Source of the DNA: Promethearchaeota archaeon
Lineage (GTDB): Archaea; Asgardarchaeota; Lokiarchaeia; Sigyniarchaeales; SOKP01
Reading direction: 5' to 3'
DNA length: 64,000 nt
Assembly: GCA_029838195.1 (NCBI GenBank)
Contig: JALGVJ010000004.1
Span: 1-64,000, forward strand
Shown: positions 41,673 through 51,216 of the stretch, one piece after another
Numbering within the stretch: position 1 is the stretch's first letter
Layout: each line of letters starts with the position of its first letter
The notes under the pieces: generated by a model
Seen by the model: the letters and a program-made list of their open reading frames with translations, nothing else
Told to the model about the DNA's origin: nothing
Database searches by the model: none
Translations under genes and position numbers: made by a program

Positions 41673-42905
41673 TCAGAGATTTAATTTCCTTTTCTTCTCA
41701 AATAAGTCTTTTAGCTCGTTTAATACTTGTGCACGAACATTTTCTTCTCTCTTCTCTTCAGAAATTTTTGGAGCTTCAATTTCTAAGGGCATGTCTTTAA
41801 TGGCCAAGGTAGAGATTGCTCCACTTTCAATTGCTTTGAGCCGATGTTCTAGCATTTCCAATTGATTTGAGAGGCTCTCTGATAATTTAATTATCATATT
41901 AATTGTTTGCTCTAAAATTTTCCCAAGACCATCAATTTTCCTCGTGAGCGGATCTGACAAGGAATAATTCACATTCAGGACTTCCTTTATCATTTTTGAA
42001 AAAGAAGGCTCGATAAAGATGAGAGAATAAATTGAGGTACAATACACTTCGTGATTAAAACTCCTCCCTTCCTTGTTTAATACCTCTGATAAACGTTCTT
42101 TTAAAAATTCTATGTTCAATAAAATCTCGGGGCTTGCTTTTATTTCGGGGTCATATTTATGGATGAAAATCAGAATGTACGGGTTCTCTTCCAGCATTGT
42201 CAAAACGTTCAAAACTTCCTCCAAATATTTAATCGATTCCTCAAATTTCTCCGAATCTTGGACGTCAATCACGTACACCAATAAATCAATATCCATGAAA
42301 TAGAGCTCCGGGTCTTTAAGATATCCCTCCCGATACTGTCGCTGACCCCCCATATCCCATATAATGAGCTCAAGATTTTCCGTTTTTATTTTTTTCCTTT
42401 CTACACCCTTAGTAGGTTTTAAGGATGCTAAATCTGCGATGCCCAATTTGCCCCCTAATTTTGATATAATTGCCGTTTTTCCTGCTTCACATAAGCCTGC
42501 GATGAGGATTTTTTGCTTCTTGGTTTCCATACTTTGAGGCTCTTTTTCTATTTCCACTAAAAGGGAGCTGATAGTTATGGCTTTTTTTATATTAAATTCA
42601 AGAGCGTGGTTTGTTTCCCTCAATAACGCGATTTTTTCTTTCAAGTTTGATTTTTTTTTAGAACTTAACTTCGGATTTGAATACAATTCACTAAAGGGAT
42701 TATTCTTATTCAACCGGGATGCTTCTCCAATGGTGGATACTTTTAATACCTCCTTCATTACTTTTACTTCATTATTTCCTAAAAACTTGAATGAATCAAT
42801 GGGGAACTCTAAAATTTCCTTGATCGAGTTAATATCTTTTTTTAAATAAGAAGGATCGATGAATTTTAAAAATATTTTCATCCCTCTTTGGACTTCGAGA
42901 CTCAT
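41673..42905 (-). CDS. Multidomain Arf/Rag-like small GTPase
   Basis: GLCEAGKT, KPTKG, WDMGGQ, IHKYD, TSIY; N-terminal extension and C-terminal coiled coil. ATG 42905 (MSLEVQ) preferred over 42986. Confidence 0.85.
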   Translation of the reverse strand: MSLEVQRGMKIFLKFIDPSYLKKDINSIKEILEFPIDSFKFLGNNEVKVMKEVLKVSTIGEASRLNKNNPFSELYSNPKLSSKKKSNLKEKIALLRETNHALEFNIKKAITISSLLVEIEKEPQSMETKKQKILIAGLCEAGKTAIISKLGGKLGIADLASLKPTKGVERKKIKTENLELIIWDMGGQRQYREGYLKDPELYFMDIDLLVYVIDVQDSEKFEESIKYLEEVLNVLTMLEENPYILIFIHKYDPEIKASPEILLNIEFLKERLSEVLNKEGRSFNHEVYCTSIYSLIFIEPSFSKMIKEVLNVNYSLSDPLTRKIDGLGKILEQTINMIIKLSESLSNQLEMLEHRLKAIESGAISTLAIKDMPLEIEAPKISEEKREENVRAQVLNELKDLFEKKRKLNL

Positions 42906-43241
42906 TATACACCAAACTATAATAATTATGAACATTATTAAATTTTTTCTCATTTTTTTCTCATTCCATGAAACATCATCATGCAACCCCTTCCAAAATA
43001 TTTAAAAATCCTAAATATGCCTAAAAATCTTATAAATATCCTTGTTTCTATCAAAAATATACAATTGCATGGTAAGGTTCGAATATGTATCTTTAGATCT
43101 CCCTCCTTAATCCAACATGTTTCCCCTTTTTCTCATCAAAAAAAAATCCCATTATGAAGAACATTTATATAAGTGTTCCCATATAGATCTAAAATATAGA
43201 AAAAAATTTATTCCAATATAATTAATTGCTTATTAGGGCAC

Positions 43242-44180
43242 ATGCCATCTTCCGATCTTAATGATGATGAATTCCTTGACTCGAATGGCAATCCATGTTG
43301 CGACGCTCCTAAAATTAGTAAAGAGGATGGCTTCTATACTTGTTTAAATTGCGGATTTGTATATTCCCGCATTTTGGACAATAGCCCTTCAAGAGCATTT
43401 ACCCAAGAAGAAATACAAAAACGGAAAAGCAATGAGCGTGTCTATTCTCCCATAGGGCCGCGCACCGTTATTAAAGCCACCAGAGACGCCCGCGGCACCT
43501 TACTTAGCCCAAAACATAAATCCAAATTTAATAGATTGGCAAAAATCCACCGCTCTCTTACCACCAGTTATGAAAGAAACTTGTGGATTGCCCTCCCTAA
43601 TTTACAGCGCCTACAAAAGAAATTAGGCCTTCCCGAAACCGTGGCAGAAGATGCCCTTCGCATTTATACCCAATCCGTGAAAAAAAAATTAACCATGGGA
43701 AGAAGTATCGATACGCTACTCGCCGCCGCCATTTTTTGCGCTCTGAGAATCCATGGCATCCCCCGTACGATCGAAGAAATTACTAACGCCGCCCAAATTC
43801 CTAAAAAAAAGGTCATCAAAAGTTACCGCCTCATCCTCTATGACATCCTCCCCCACATGCATCTTAAAGTTCAACATTTCGACGCTCAACGATACGTCGA
43901 TAAATTCAATGATGATTTGAAATTGTCCATGAAATGCAGGAACCTCGCCGTGAAAATCATTCAGACCGCCAAGGAACAAGGATTTAATTCTGCAGGTAAA
44001 GATCCTAAGGGCATTGCTGCTGCGGCTATCTACATCGCAAGTAAAATGTGTTCTGAAATAAGAACGCAAAAAGAAATCTCATGCCTCGCTCAAGTCACAG
44101 AGGTAACACTTCGAATGAGGGTTAAGGATCTTGCTGCTAGGCTCGAAAAGTCCTCTCTCTTGAAAGATATTCAGAAGTGA
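43242..44180 (+). CDS. tfb: Transcription initiation factor TFB (TFIIB family)
   Basis: Zn ribbon CC..CLNCG, ERNL, GRSI..AAAIF, PRTIEEI, GKDPKGIAAAAIY, TQKEI..VTEVTLR. Confidence 0.93.
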   Translation: MPSSDLNDDEFLDSNGNPCCDAPKISKEDGFYTCLNCGFVYSRILDNSPSRAFTQEEIQKRKSNERVYSPIGPRTVIKATRDARGTLLSPKHKSKFNRLAKIHRSLTTSYERNLWIALPNLQRLQKKLGLPETVAEDALRIYTQSVKKKLTMGRSIDTLLAAAIFCALRIHGIPRTIEEITNAAQIPKKKVIKSYRLILYDILPHMHLKVQHFDAQRYVDKFNDDLKLSMKCRNLAVKIIQTAKEQGFNSAGKDPKGIAAAAIYIASKMCSEIRTQKEISCLAQVTEVTLRMRVKDLAARLEKSSLLKDIQK

Positions 44181-44555
44181 GCGATTCTCCTCCTTGATCT
44201 AACTTTTTTTCTGCCTTCTTTTATGAGTAAGAGATCCCCATGCCTTTTTCCTAGAGGCAATTCTCGTTGAGCTTCCTTTATAAATAAAGCAATCCGTTGG
44301 AGTGGCTCGAGACCCCCCGAAAAAATTAAGATCGAGGAAATAGGTGATTACCTTGAATGCGCTTGATAATCATGCGAGTCAAGCTAATTTAAGGAAAAAT
44401 TAACGAGTTTAGAGGAAGTGAGAGGGTAAAAATAATAAAAGAATTTCATTTAGAAGATTGAAACAATACATCGATTAATTTTAGTTTTTTATTTTTCCTA
44501 AGAATCGAAAGGACTAAAGTTTCTTGTAAAAATTGAAAGGTGAAGGTTTTTTGGA

Positions 44556-44569
44556 TAATCACGTGATTA
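44556..44569. repeat. Perfect 14-bp palindrome TAATCACGTGATTA
   Basis: Read directly; related half-sites at ~44344 (GTGATTA) and ~44367 (TAATCAT). Confidence 0.6.
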
Positions 44570-44687
44570 GGTCATGATAAATAAGGTTCTTGAGGATGTT
44601 TGAACAATTTATAATGATTTAATTTTAATAAAACAAGAATCAAATGAAATTTTAGAACATGGGCAGAATTCATAGATTATTGGAGAG

Positions 44688-47600
44688 TTAAGGGAGGTTT
44701 TGCAGTAGGATTTTTTCTTCGTCTAGGAGGGGTAATGCATTCAAGAATTTTTCAATTTGGCGGTGGAATTTGGTGATATGGTTGATTTTGGTTGTTATTA
44801 AGATGGAGAGGAGGGTCATATAAAAAGAATTTTCGATGATGGAGCGAGTTGAGCCGAGGTCTTGAAGGTATCGCTCGATATTTTTTTTTATAGTGGTTGC
44901 GGGGGTATTTATGGCGAAGAGAGAAAGTCCGTAGAGGGACAACAGGAGAGGGGAGGTTTGGTAATCATTTTTTTCCAAGTGTTTTATAGTGAGTTTTTCG
45001 TATTCTTCAGGGATTAAATTGAATGAGTGATTTGTATAGAGAGATAAGAGTTTTTGATAGATTCTTTTTTTGAGTGCTTTTCTCTTCCTGATTAACTGTT
45101 CAAATTCTTGTTTAGAGGTGTTAAATTTTAAATTGAGTTTTTCGAGCATTTGTTCAAGTTTAGTATTTAATTCGGGAGGAATTTGTTGAACTTCATATTC
45201 TTTTTTCCGTACGGGTGTATCTTCGAATGGTGTTGATTCAATGGTGGAAAAGAGTTGATTTAGAAGATTTTTTTCGGCTACAAAGAGATACCAATTTTGG
45301 AGCCAGGAATTGATGATTAATTTCGAGAGCCGGGAATTTTCATGGTCGAGGGCATTGAGGAAATGAGTTAATAATTGGTATTCAGGCGTTGAGATAAGAT
45401 CATTTTGGAATCTTTTTGCCATCTCATTTAGGACAGTTCTTGCGGAGTTTTTAGATTTATCCAAGGTAAGTATGAGAATGCCGAGCGTTAAAGCAAGGAG
45501 AGCTTGCTTATTTAGCTTTTTATTAAATAATACAGCAGAAGATTGTAGATAAGCCGTGGAGGCTTTATCGAGGTCATTTTCTTCAAGGGCATTTATGGCT
45601 TCTTCCCAATATTTTTTTTTCATTAATCTTCTTTTTGCTTCTTCGCTTTCATCCATTTTGAGGGATGGAATCAGGGCGTTTATTTCTTCCAAGATTTTTG
45701 ATTCATCGATGGTGGAGGTTAATTTTTCTTCCAGAATTACTTTTTCTTTTTCCCATCCCATGAGCTCACGGAACAATTCCGTTTCTTGGGGGAATAGAGG
45801 GAGGTATTGGAATAGTTCTAAAATATCTTGCTGAAGGGTCTCCTCTTTTAGTTCCATGGCGGTGGAGAGGAATCTGACGAGTTTTACGGGAAATGTTTCG
45901 GTGAATATCTTTTGATTCTTGGTGTGAGTTTCTAGGGTTGGTTTTATTAGGTGTGGGTTCTTCTCGTGAAGGTAGAGCAAGGCAAGGATAGCAAGAGATA
46001 CTCCTGCGAGGTTATATTTTTGAACGCCGATTAATTTTTTCAAGCTTTCTTCATACAGCTTTATTGCTTCGGGATATTGTTTTTGTTCGAGATTGTTAAG
46101 GGCTTGTTCGAAAAAAGCTCTTTTATATCCTAGCCGCTGTTTCATTTCTATTTCTTTATTTTGCCGGATATCTTGCAATTCTTGTCGCATGGAACCGATG
46201 CTTGCTATCAAAGTCTCTCGTTTCAAGGATTGTTCCATTTCTTTCGAGAGATGGGCTTCATATTTTTGGATTTTCTTGAATAGTTCAGATTTAATGGCAG
46301 AATCATCGATCTTATCGACGTATTCTTGCGCAGCAGAGATATCGCCGAGTTTGATATATTTTTCAGCGATTTTTTCGTGGATCTCATTAAAATTAAACAA
46401 TTCAGAACTCAAGTAAGTTTCCACGACCTCATTGGCTTTTCTTAATAGGGGTAAGATTTTATTTAGGAGTTCTTCCTCATCGTCAGTTTCTTGAGTTAAG
46501 AGAACAAGCATCTGATTTTTCAAGTATTTCACGTAAAAGCTTGATAGATTCTTTGATTCTTCGTATAAGGATAGATCTCGTAAAATGTTATTGAATTCTT
46601 GGAAAATTTTATTCATTTTAAAATAAACTATATTTGGAGCTTGAGTTTTTAGAGACTCGAGTAATAAATGAAAATTTTGGGTTAATAATTCTTTTTTGAG
46701 CTCGGCATCTAATTTATCATAAAATTTGAAATAAAATTTGAAAAATAGTGAGATGAGATTTCCTTTTGCGACAATGGACATTAAAAATTGAGCTAATTGA
46801 ATGATGAGTGATTTAGGTTTATCAATTTTGAGAAGAAAATCGATTTGGTTCTGGATGAGATGGTAAGCTTCAAGGAAATCCCCTTGTTTAATCTGTTGGT
46901 TTGCTCTTTCGATTATTTTTGTATTGTATTGTTCAATCAAGGAATTTTCATGGGTGATAAAATCTTGAAGGATGGCAATTCTTTCTTTCAATTTTGCTTG
47001 TTTTTGTTCCCTCCTTAATTTTTCACTCTCTTCTTCTTTTTTAGATGCTAAGTCTGCTAATTGTTTTTGTAACTCAAAAGAATTTATTTTATTAATTAAA
47101 GTGGAAGCTAATTCAAAACGGGAATTTTTTACGGCAAGATGTACGATTTTTTCAAGCATGAGATCGAGATTGACTTTCTCGATTTTATAAGTTGTCCATA
47201 AACGTTCTAATTCTTCTAAGAGGGTTTTTGAAGCCGAAAGATTTCCGGATTCAATTTCTTTTTCTAAAAGTTGTATTAAAAGTTGTTTGTGAAGGTTAAC
47301 AAATTCTTTTAAACTTTCAAATAATCCCTCTTGTTGATATTTCTTAATTGCGATTTCCAATTGAGTTTTAGCCAAATATAATTCATTAGAAGAGCGTAAA
47401 GAAGAAATAATGCTAAGAATTAATCCATCCATTTCAATTAAAAAGGATCTTCCCACGGCATGAGGAAGACGTTCTAAGAGAGCAAATGCATTTTCAAACT
47501 CATGGGCATGAATCCAGGATTTCATGGCTAATTTAAAAGCGCGAAAAATAATTTCATTTTCCATTAATTCTAGGGAGGCTATTTGTCCTGCTTGGGTGAA

Positions 47601-48416
47601 TTGTAAGGCAGAAGCTTCATATTTTCCCTTTTGGAATAATTTCTCTCCTTTTTCAATTTGAGATTCAATATATCTTTTTTTGTATTCACTTGCTTTTTTA
47701 TCATTAATACCCTCCAAGATCTTGCTAGCTTCTAAAAATAAATTAGAAAGGGCAAACAGATGAGCACATTTTTCAGAGATCACGTATAACTCATCTTTTT
47801 GATAAATATCTGCGATCATGGCAGCTTTTTTTAACGCTCGTGCGGCTTGGGAATAATTTTTTTCTCGATAAAATTTGTTAGCATCTCTCAAGAAAAACGG
47901 GAATCGCAACCAAGCATTTTCAATATTCAAGGGGGTCTCTCCATTTATCATTGCCAAGCAAGAGCATTGAAGAGCTTGGTAAAATTCATGTGGGGGTAAA
48001 TTAACGAAAGCTTCCATTTCAGGATAATTCAACCAAATAGCTTGGAGCAAATCAAGAGAATTAAAGGGAAGGACTCCATTATCATCATAGAAAATGATGA
48101 TGGTAGGAATTTCTCTCTTCATTGCTCTAATGATGGATATATTCATTTGAAATAGTTCTAATTCTTCTTCGTTGGTTGGATTAACGAAATAGAAGATTCC
48201 ATCAGAAATGGAAATGAGCATGTCATAATCTACATTAATGGGATCAGTTATGATATCTATATCAACTTCACACGTATCTTCTAGGATTTGGACCTCTTCG
48301 TGCCATTCCCAATACATGTTCAAGATTTCTGCTCTCTTTTCTCCATAGATAAGGGAAAAATAATTTATCAATTGGTCTGGATTTCCAAGAACTAAGATTT
48401 TAAACATGTAACGCAA
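44688..48416 (-). CDS. Large protein: degenerate small-GTPase-like N-domain + TPR/SNAP-like solenoid + three C-terminal helical repeats
   Basis: FKILVLGN..., DGIFYFVNPTNEE..., IPTIIIF; A-x-x-A TPR-like helices; three ~170-aa repeats. Confidence 0.7.
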   Translation of the reverse strand: MRYMFKILVLGNPDQLINYFSLIYGEKRAEILNMYWEWHEEVQILEDTCEVDIDIITDPINVDYDMLISISDGIFYFVNPTNEEELELFQMNISIIRAMKREIPTIIIFYDDNGVLPFNSLDLLQAIWLNYPEMEAFVNLPPHEFYQALQCSCLAMINGETPLNIENAWLRFPFFLRDANKFYREKNYSQAARALKKAAMIADIYQKDELYVISEKCAHLFALSNLFLEASKILEGINDKKASEYKKRYIESQIEKGEKLFQKGKYEASALQFTQAGQIASLELMENEIIFRAFKLAMKSWIHAHEFENAFALLERLPHAVGRSFLIEMDGLILSIISSLRSSNELYLAKTQLEIAIKKYQQEGLFESLKEFVNLHKQLLIQLLEKEIESGNLSASKTLLEELERLWTTYKIEKVNLDLMLEKIVHLAVKNSRFELASTLINKINSFELQKQLADLASKKEEESEKLRREQKQAKLKERIAILQDFITHENSLIEQYNTKIIERANQQIKQGDFLEAYHLIQNQIDFLLKIDKPKSLIIQLAQFLMSIVAKGNLISLFFKFYFKFYDKLDAELKKELLTQNFHLLLESLKTQAPNIVYFKMNKIFQEFNNILRDLSLYEESKNLSSFYVKYLKNQMLVLLTQETDDEEELLNKILPLLRKANEVVETYLSSELFNFNEIHEKIAEKYIKLGDISAAQEYVDKIDDSAIKSELFKKIQKYEAHLSKEMEQSLKRETLIASIGSMRQELQDIRQNKEIEMKQRLGYKRAFFEQALNNLEQKQYPEAIKLYEESLKKLIGVQKYNLAGVSLAILALLYLHEKNPHLIKPTLETHTKNQKIFTETFPVKLVRFLSTAMELKEETLQQDILELFQYLPLFPQETELFRELMGWEKEKVILEEKLTSTIDESKILEEINALIPSLKMDESEEAKRRLMKKKYWEEAINALEENDLDKASTAYLQSSAVLFNKKLNKQALLALTLGILILTLDKSKNSARTVLNEMAKRFQNDLISTPEYQLLTHFLNALDHENSRLSKLIINSWLQNWYLFVAEKNLLNQLFSTIESTPFEDTPVRKKEYEVQQIPPELNTKLEQMLEKLNLKFNTSKQEFEQLIRKRKALKKRIYQKLLSLYTNHSFNLIPEEYEKLTIKHLEKNDYQTSPLLLSLYGLSLFAINTPATTIKKNIERYLQDLGSTRSIIENSFYMTLLSILITTKINHITKFHRQIEKFLNALPLLDEEKILLQNLP

Positions 48417-48536
48417 AAATGCTCACCTTCAAGTACCCATGAAAAACTTTTTAAATTCTCCTTTCGACATTTATTTTTAATTTAAAACATTATAATATTT
48501 TAATTGTATTAATAAGATCGTTTTATAATGATTTAA

Positions 48537-49217
48537 ATGGATTGCATTGAGGAAAATTGCGTTGAGAGAAATGCTCGATTGATTGAAGAGAGAATGATAG
48601 AGCAGATGGAACAATCCCTTGCGATAGGTAGGAAGTTAATCGATTCTGAATTAAATGCGGGAATTTTTGATTTTATTGTCAAGCCCATTGTTAAAACGTT
48701 TTATGATTATTGGAGTGAAAATGATGCACGGGAAGGTACCTTAGAACAAATTAAAGTCACTTTGGAATGCGGAAAGCTTTTATTACGTAATGGACTTTCT
48801 GAGGAAAATTTCAATAGCGTGATTGAGGAATATTTTCCGAAGTATTTGGCAGGAGACCAAACTTCCCGGCAGTGCAAGAAAAACCATAAAAATTACAAAA
48901 AATTAAAAGAAATCACGAAAAAAACATTTATTTCCCAAGTAAAAGAAGTCATCCCTCTTTTAAAAGTAGATCAGAAAGAAGGAGTGGAATCTTATGATGA
49001 TTTATGCAGGATCGCTTTAAAGACAAAAGAGAATGCTCATGAGAAATTAAGTCAACAATTTGAATTTACAGAAGAAGCCATTCAAATCGTAGAAAGAGAC
49101 ATGTCCATTTTGAAAATTCCCACGGGAAAAAAAATCATTTGTAAATCGTTGCGAAAAGGTTTTGAGCATACTAAAAAGGAATTAATGAAAGAAGTAGAAC
49201 GAATTTTTAATCAATAA
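48537..49217 (+). CDS. Hypothetical helical protein
   Basis: 226-aa ORF with normal composition, divergent from the previous gene. Confidence 0.7.
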   Translation: MDCIEENCVERNARLIEERMIEQMEQSLAIGRKLIDSELNAGIFDFIVKPIVKTFYDYWSENDAREGTLEQIKVTLECGKLLLRNGLSEENFNSVIEEYFPKYLAGDQTSRQCKKNHKNYKKLKEITKKTFISQVKEVIPLLKVDQKEGVESYDDLCRIALKTKENAHEKLSQQFEFTEEAIQIVERDMSILKIPTGKKIICKSLRKGFEHTKKELMKEVERIFNQ

Positions 49218-49254
49218 ATTTATTATTCCTTGGTCATGAGTTAATTACATTACC

Positions 49255-50337
49255 ATGAGACACGTTCAATCTAAATCCAATGATGTATCCCCACGTGCGA
49301 TTTTTTTAAATCTGTTTACCATTTCCTTTATTATCATGGTCTACGTATCCTTATCTAATTTATTTGGCTCTTCTTCCACCTATTTCATTGAAACGCCGAA
49401 CGCACCACTGCTATTTGGAATATCCCTCATGATCTTTGCTTTTTTTTCTAATCTCGCCGGCCCTTATAGAAGCCTCATTGCCGGGGTTTTAGGAGAATTA
49501 TTATATCAATTTGCTTATTTAAACGTGATTCATGTAGAATGGTGCATTCTCATGGGCATATTTGGATTTATTTGTGGATTAAATGAATATAAACCTTTAA
49601 AATATCTTAAATTAAAGAATATTGTGGTCATGATACTTGTATTTTTCTTGGCTTCTCTGGGAGGCGCTTTAATTCTATTCCTTTTTAATCTTTTTTTGCC
49701 AGAAGGAGGAAGCTCGCCCGGCTCATCAATTTTTGACTCAACAGGGTATTTTATTCTTCATGGATTCATTTCTACAGTATTAGTATCCTTACCACTTTTA
49801 ATAGTCTATGATTTCTTTTTATCAAGGAAAGAACGCATTATTTATAATGAATTATTGACTCATCACTTGCCTTCTCAAAGTGATCATGCTTTCTATTTAC
49901 AATTTGGGAGAACTTATATTTTTTTTTGCTCTAGATGTTCAGGAGTCATTATTGGAGGATTATTTTCTATTTTCATTACCACGTTATTGGAAAATGGATT
50001 TAATATCATGATGAGTCCTGATTTCGCCGTGCTTGTTTGCATGCTACTCCCCATCCCTGGAATGATTGATTGGGGCACGCAAAGATTATTATACCGCACG
50101 AGCAATACGAGATTAAGACTCCTAACCGGATTCATTTTAGGTATTGCTTTGCATTTCATGTCATTTACAGCTAAATACGCATTATTCATGTTATTCTTAC
50201 TCATCTTTTATTTCAGTTTATTAGGAATATTAATTTATTTTGGACATAAAAGAGAATTAAAATTATCCCAAGAAAAAGAAGATAAAGAAGGTTTAAATAA
50301 TTCACCATCATTTGATAAAAATTTGATGGACCCATGA
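49255..50337 (+). CDS. ECF S-component-like membrane domain fused to a DUF2085-like membrane domain
   Basis: N-half LAGPYRSLIAGVLGELL..GFICG; C-half THH..., CSRCSG, IDWGTQ, SNTRLRLLTG. Confidence 0.7.
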   Translation: MRHVQSKSNDVSPRAIFLNLFTISFIIMVYVSLSNLFGSSSTYFIETPNAPLLFGISLMIFAFFSNLAGPYRSLIAGVLGELLYQFAYLNVIHVEWCILMGIFGFICGLNEYKPLKYLKLKNIVVMILVFFLASLGGALILFLFNLFLPEGGSSPGSSIFDSTGYFILHGFISTVLVSLPLLIVYDFFLSRKERIIYNELLTHHLPSQSDHAFYLQFGRTYIFFCSRCSGVIIGGLFSIFITTLLENGFNIMMSPDFAVLVCMLLPIPGMIDWGTQRLLYRTSNTRLRLLTGFILGIALHFMSFTAKYALFMLFLLIFYFSLLGILIYFGHKRELKLSQEKEDKEGLNNSPSFDKNLMDP

Positions 50338-50813
50338 ATTTGATTTTTATTCACGGATTAGAAAGTTCGGGAAAAGGATTTAAGGGGAGATTTTTCCAAG
50401 AACAATTACCCGGTATTTTAACGCCGGACTTTACGGGATCTTTAAAACAGCGAATGGAACAGCTTCATTTTATTTTAGAAAAAAAAACTTCATGGGTAAT
50501 TATTGGTTCTAGTTTTGGAGGATTAATGGCTACATTATATACTTTTCATTATCCTCAAAAAGTTTTTAAACTAATTTTATTAGCACCACTTCTCACGGTT
50601 CCTGAATTAGAGCCGAGTAAATTATCTTCCATTGATACTCCTGTTATTTTATATCATGGAAAAAAAGATGAGATTATCCCTTGGAAAAAAACCTTCACGC
50701 GTGCAAAACAGCTTTTTAATAATTTAACATGCAATCTCGTTGAAGATGACCATCTCCTTCATGCAACGATAAAAAATATCGATTGGAAGCAATTAATTTA
50801 TCAAGGATCGTGA
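50334..50813 (+). CDS. Small alpha/beta hydrolase (YqiA-like esterase)
   Basis: FIHGLES, GSSFGG, LLAP, HGKKDEII, DDH; ATGA overlap with the upstream gene. Confidence 0.88.
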   Translation: MNLIFIHGLESSGKGFKGRFFQEQLPGILTPDFTGSLKQRMEQLHFILEKKTSWVIIGSSFGGLMATLYTFHYPQKVFKLILLAPLLTVPELEPSKLSSIDTPVILYHGKKDEIIPWKKTFTRAKQLFNNLTCNLVEDDHLLHATIKNIDWKQLIYQGS

Positions 50814-51216
50814 AAAATGCTTGAATTAATTTAAATTGATTATTAGTCAGAAATCAAGGAAAAAAGAAATGACGAAAATTCCTTTTCCCAGGCTAAATTT
50901 AGGATTTTTAAATAAAATTCATGATTAATGGACTCCACTTGTTTTATTAGTCATGAATAGTTTTTTCATTAGAGAGTACTACAATAAAATAGAAATACGG
51001 TTTTATTAGTAATGGAATACATGGTTCATTGTGTAAGGAAAGAACTGATAAGATATTGATCGCTTAAAGAAGGTTATCAAAATAAGAAATAAGAAAAAAA
51101 TATTAATGCACGGATTACAAGCACTGGTTTTTTTGAAAAACAAAAAGGTTAAAAAGGTTTATAATGAAAAATACAAATCAATTTAAATTATTTTAAATAT
51201 ATTAAAGTGAGAATTA

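Noticed and set aside
42906-42986. N-terminal TM segment on the Arf/Rag-like GTPase (tracked start 42986)
   Set aside because: The extension runs through AT-rich, promoter-like sequence and is probably not translated; ATG 42905 is more plausible
44178-44400. Selenocysteine read-through of the tfb TGA with a SECIS in the downstream hairpins
   Set aside because: TFB is complete at the TGA, the read-through peptide is not meaningful, and no convincing AUGA/GA SECIS core with correct spacing was found
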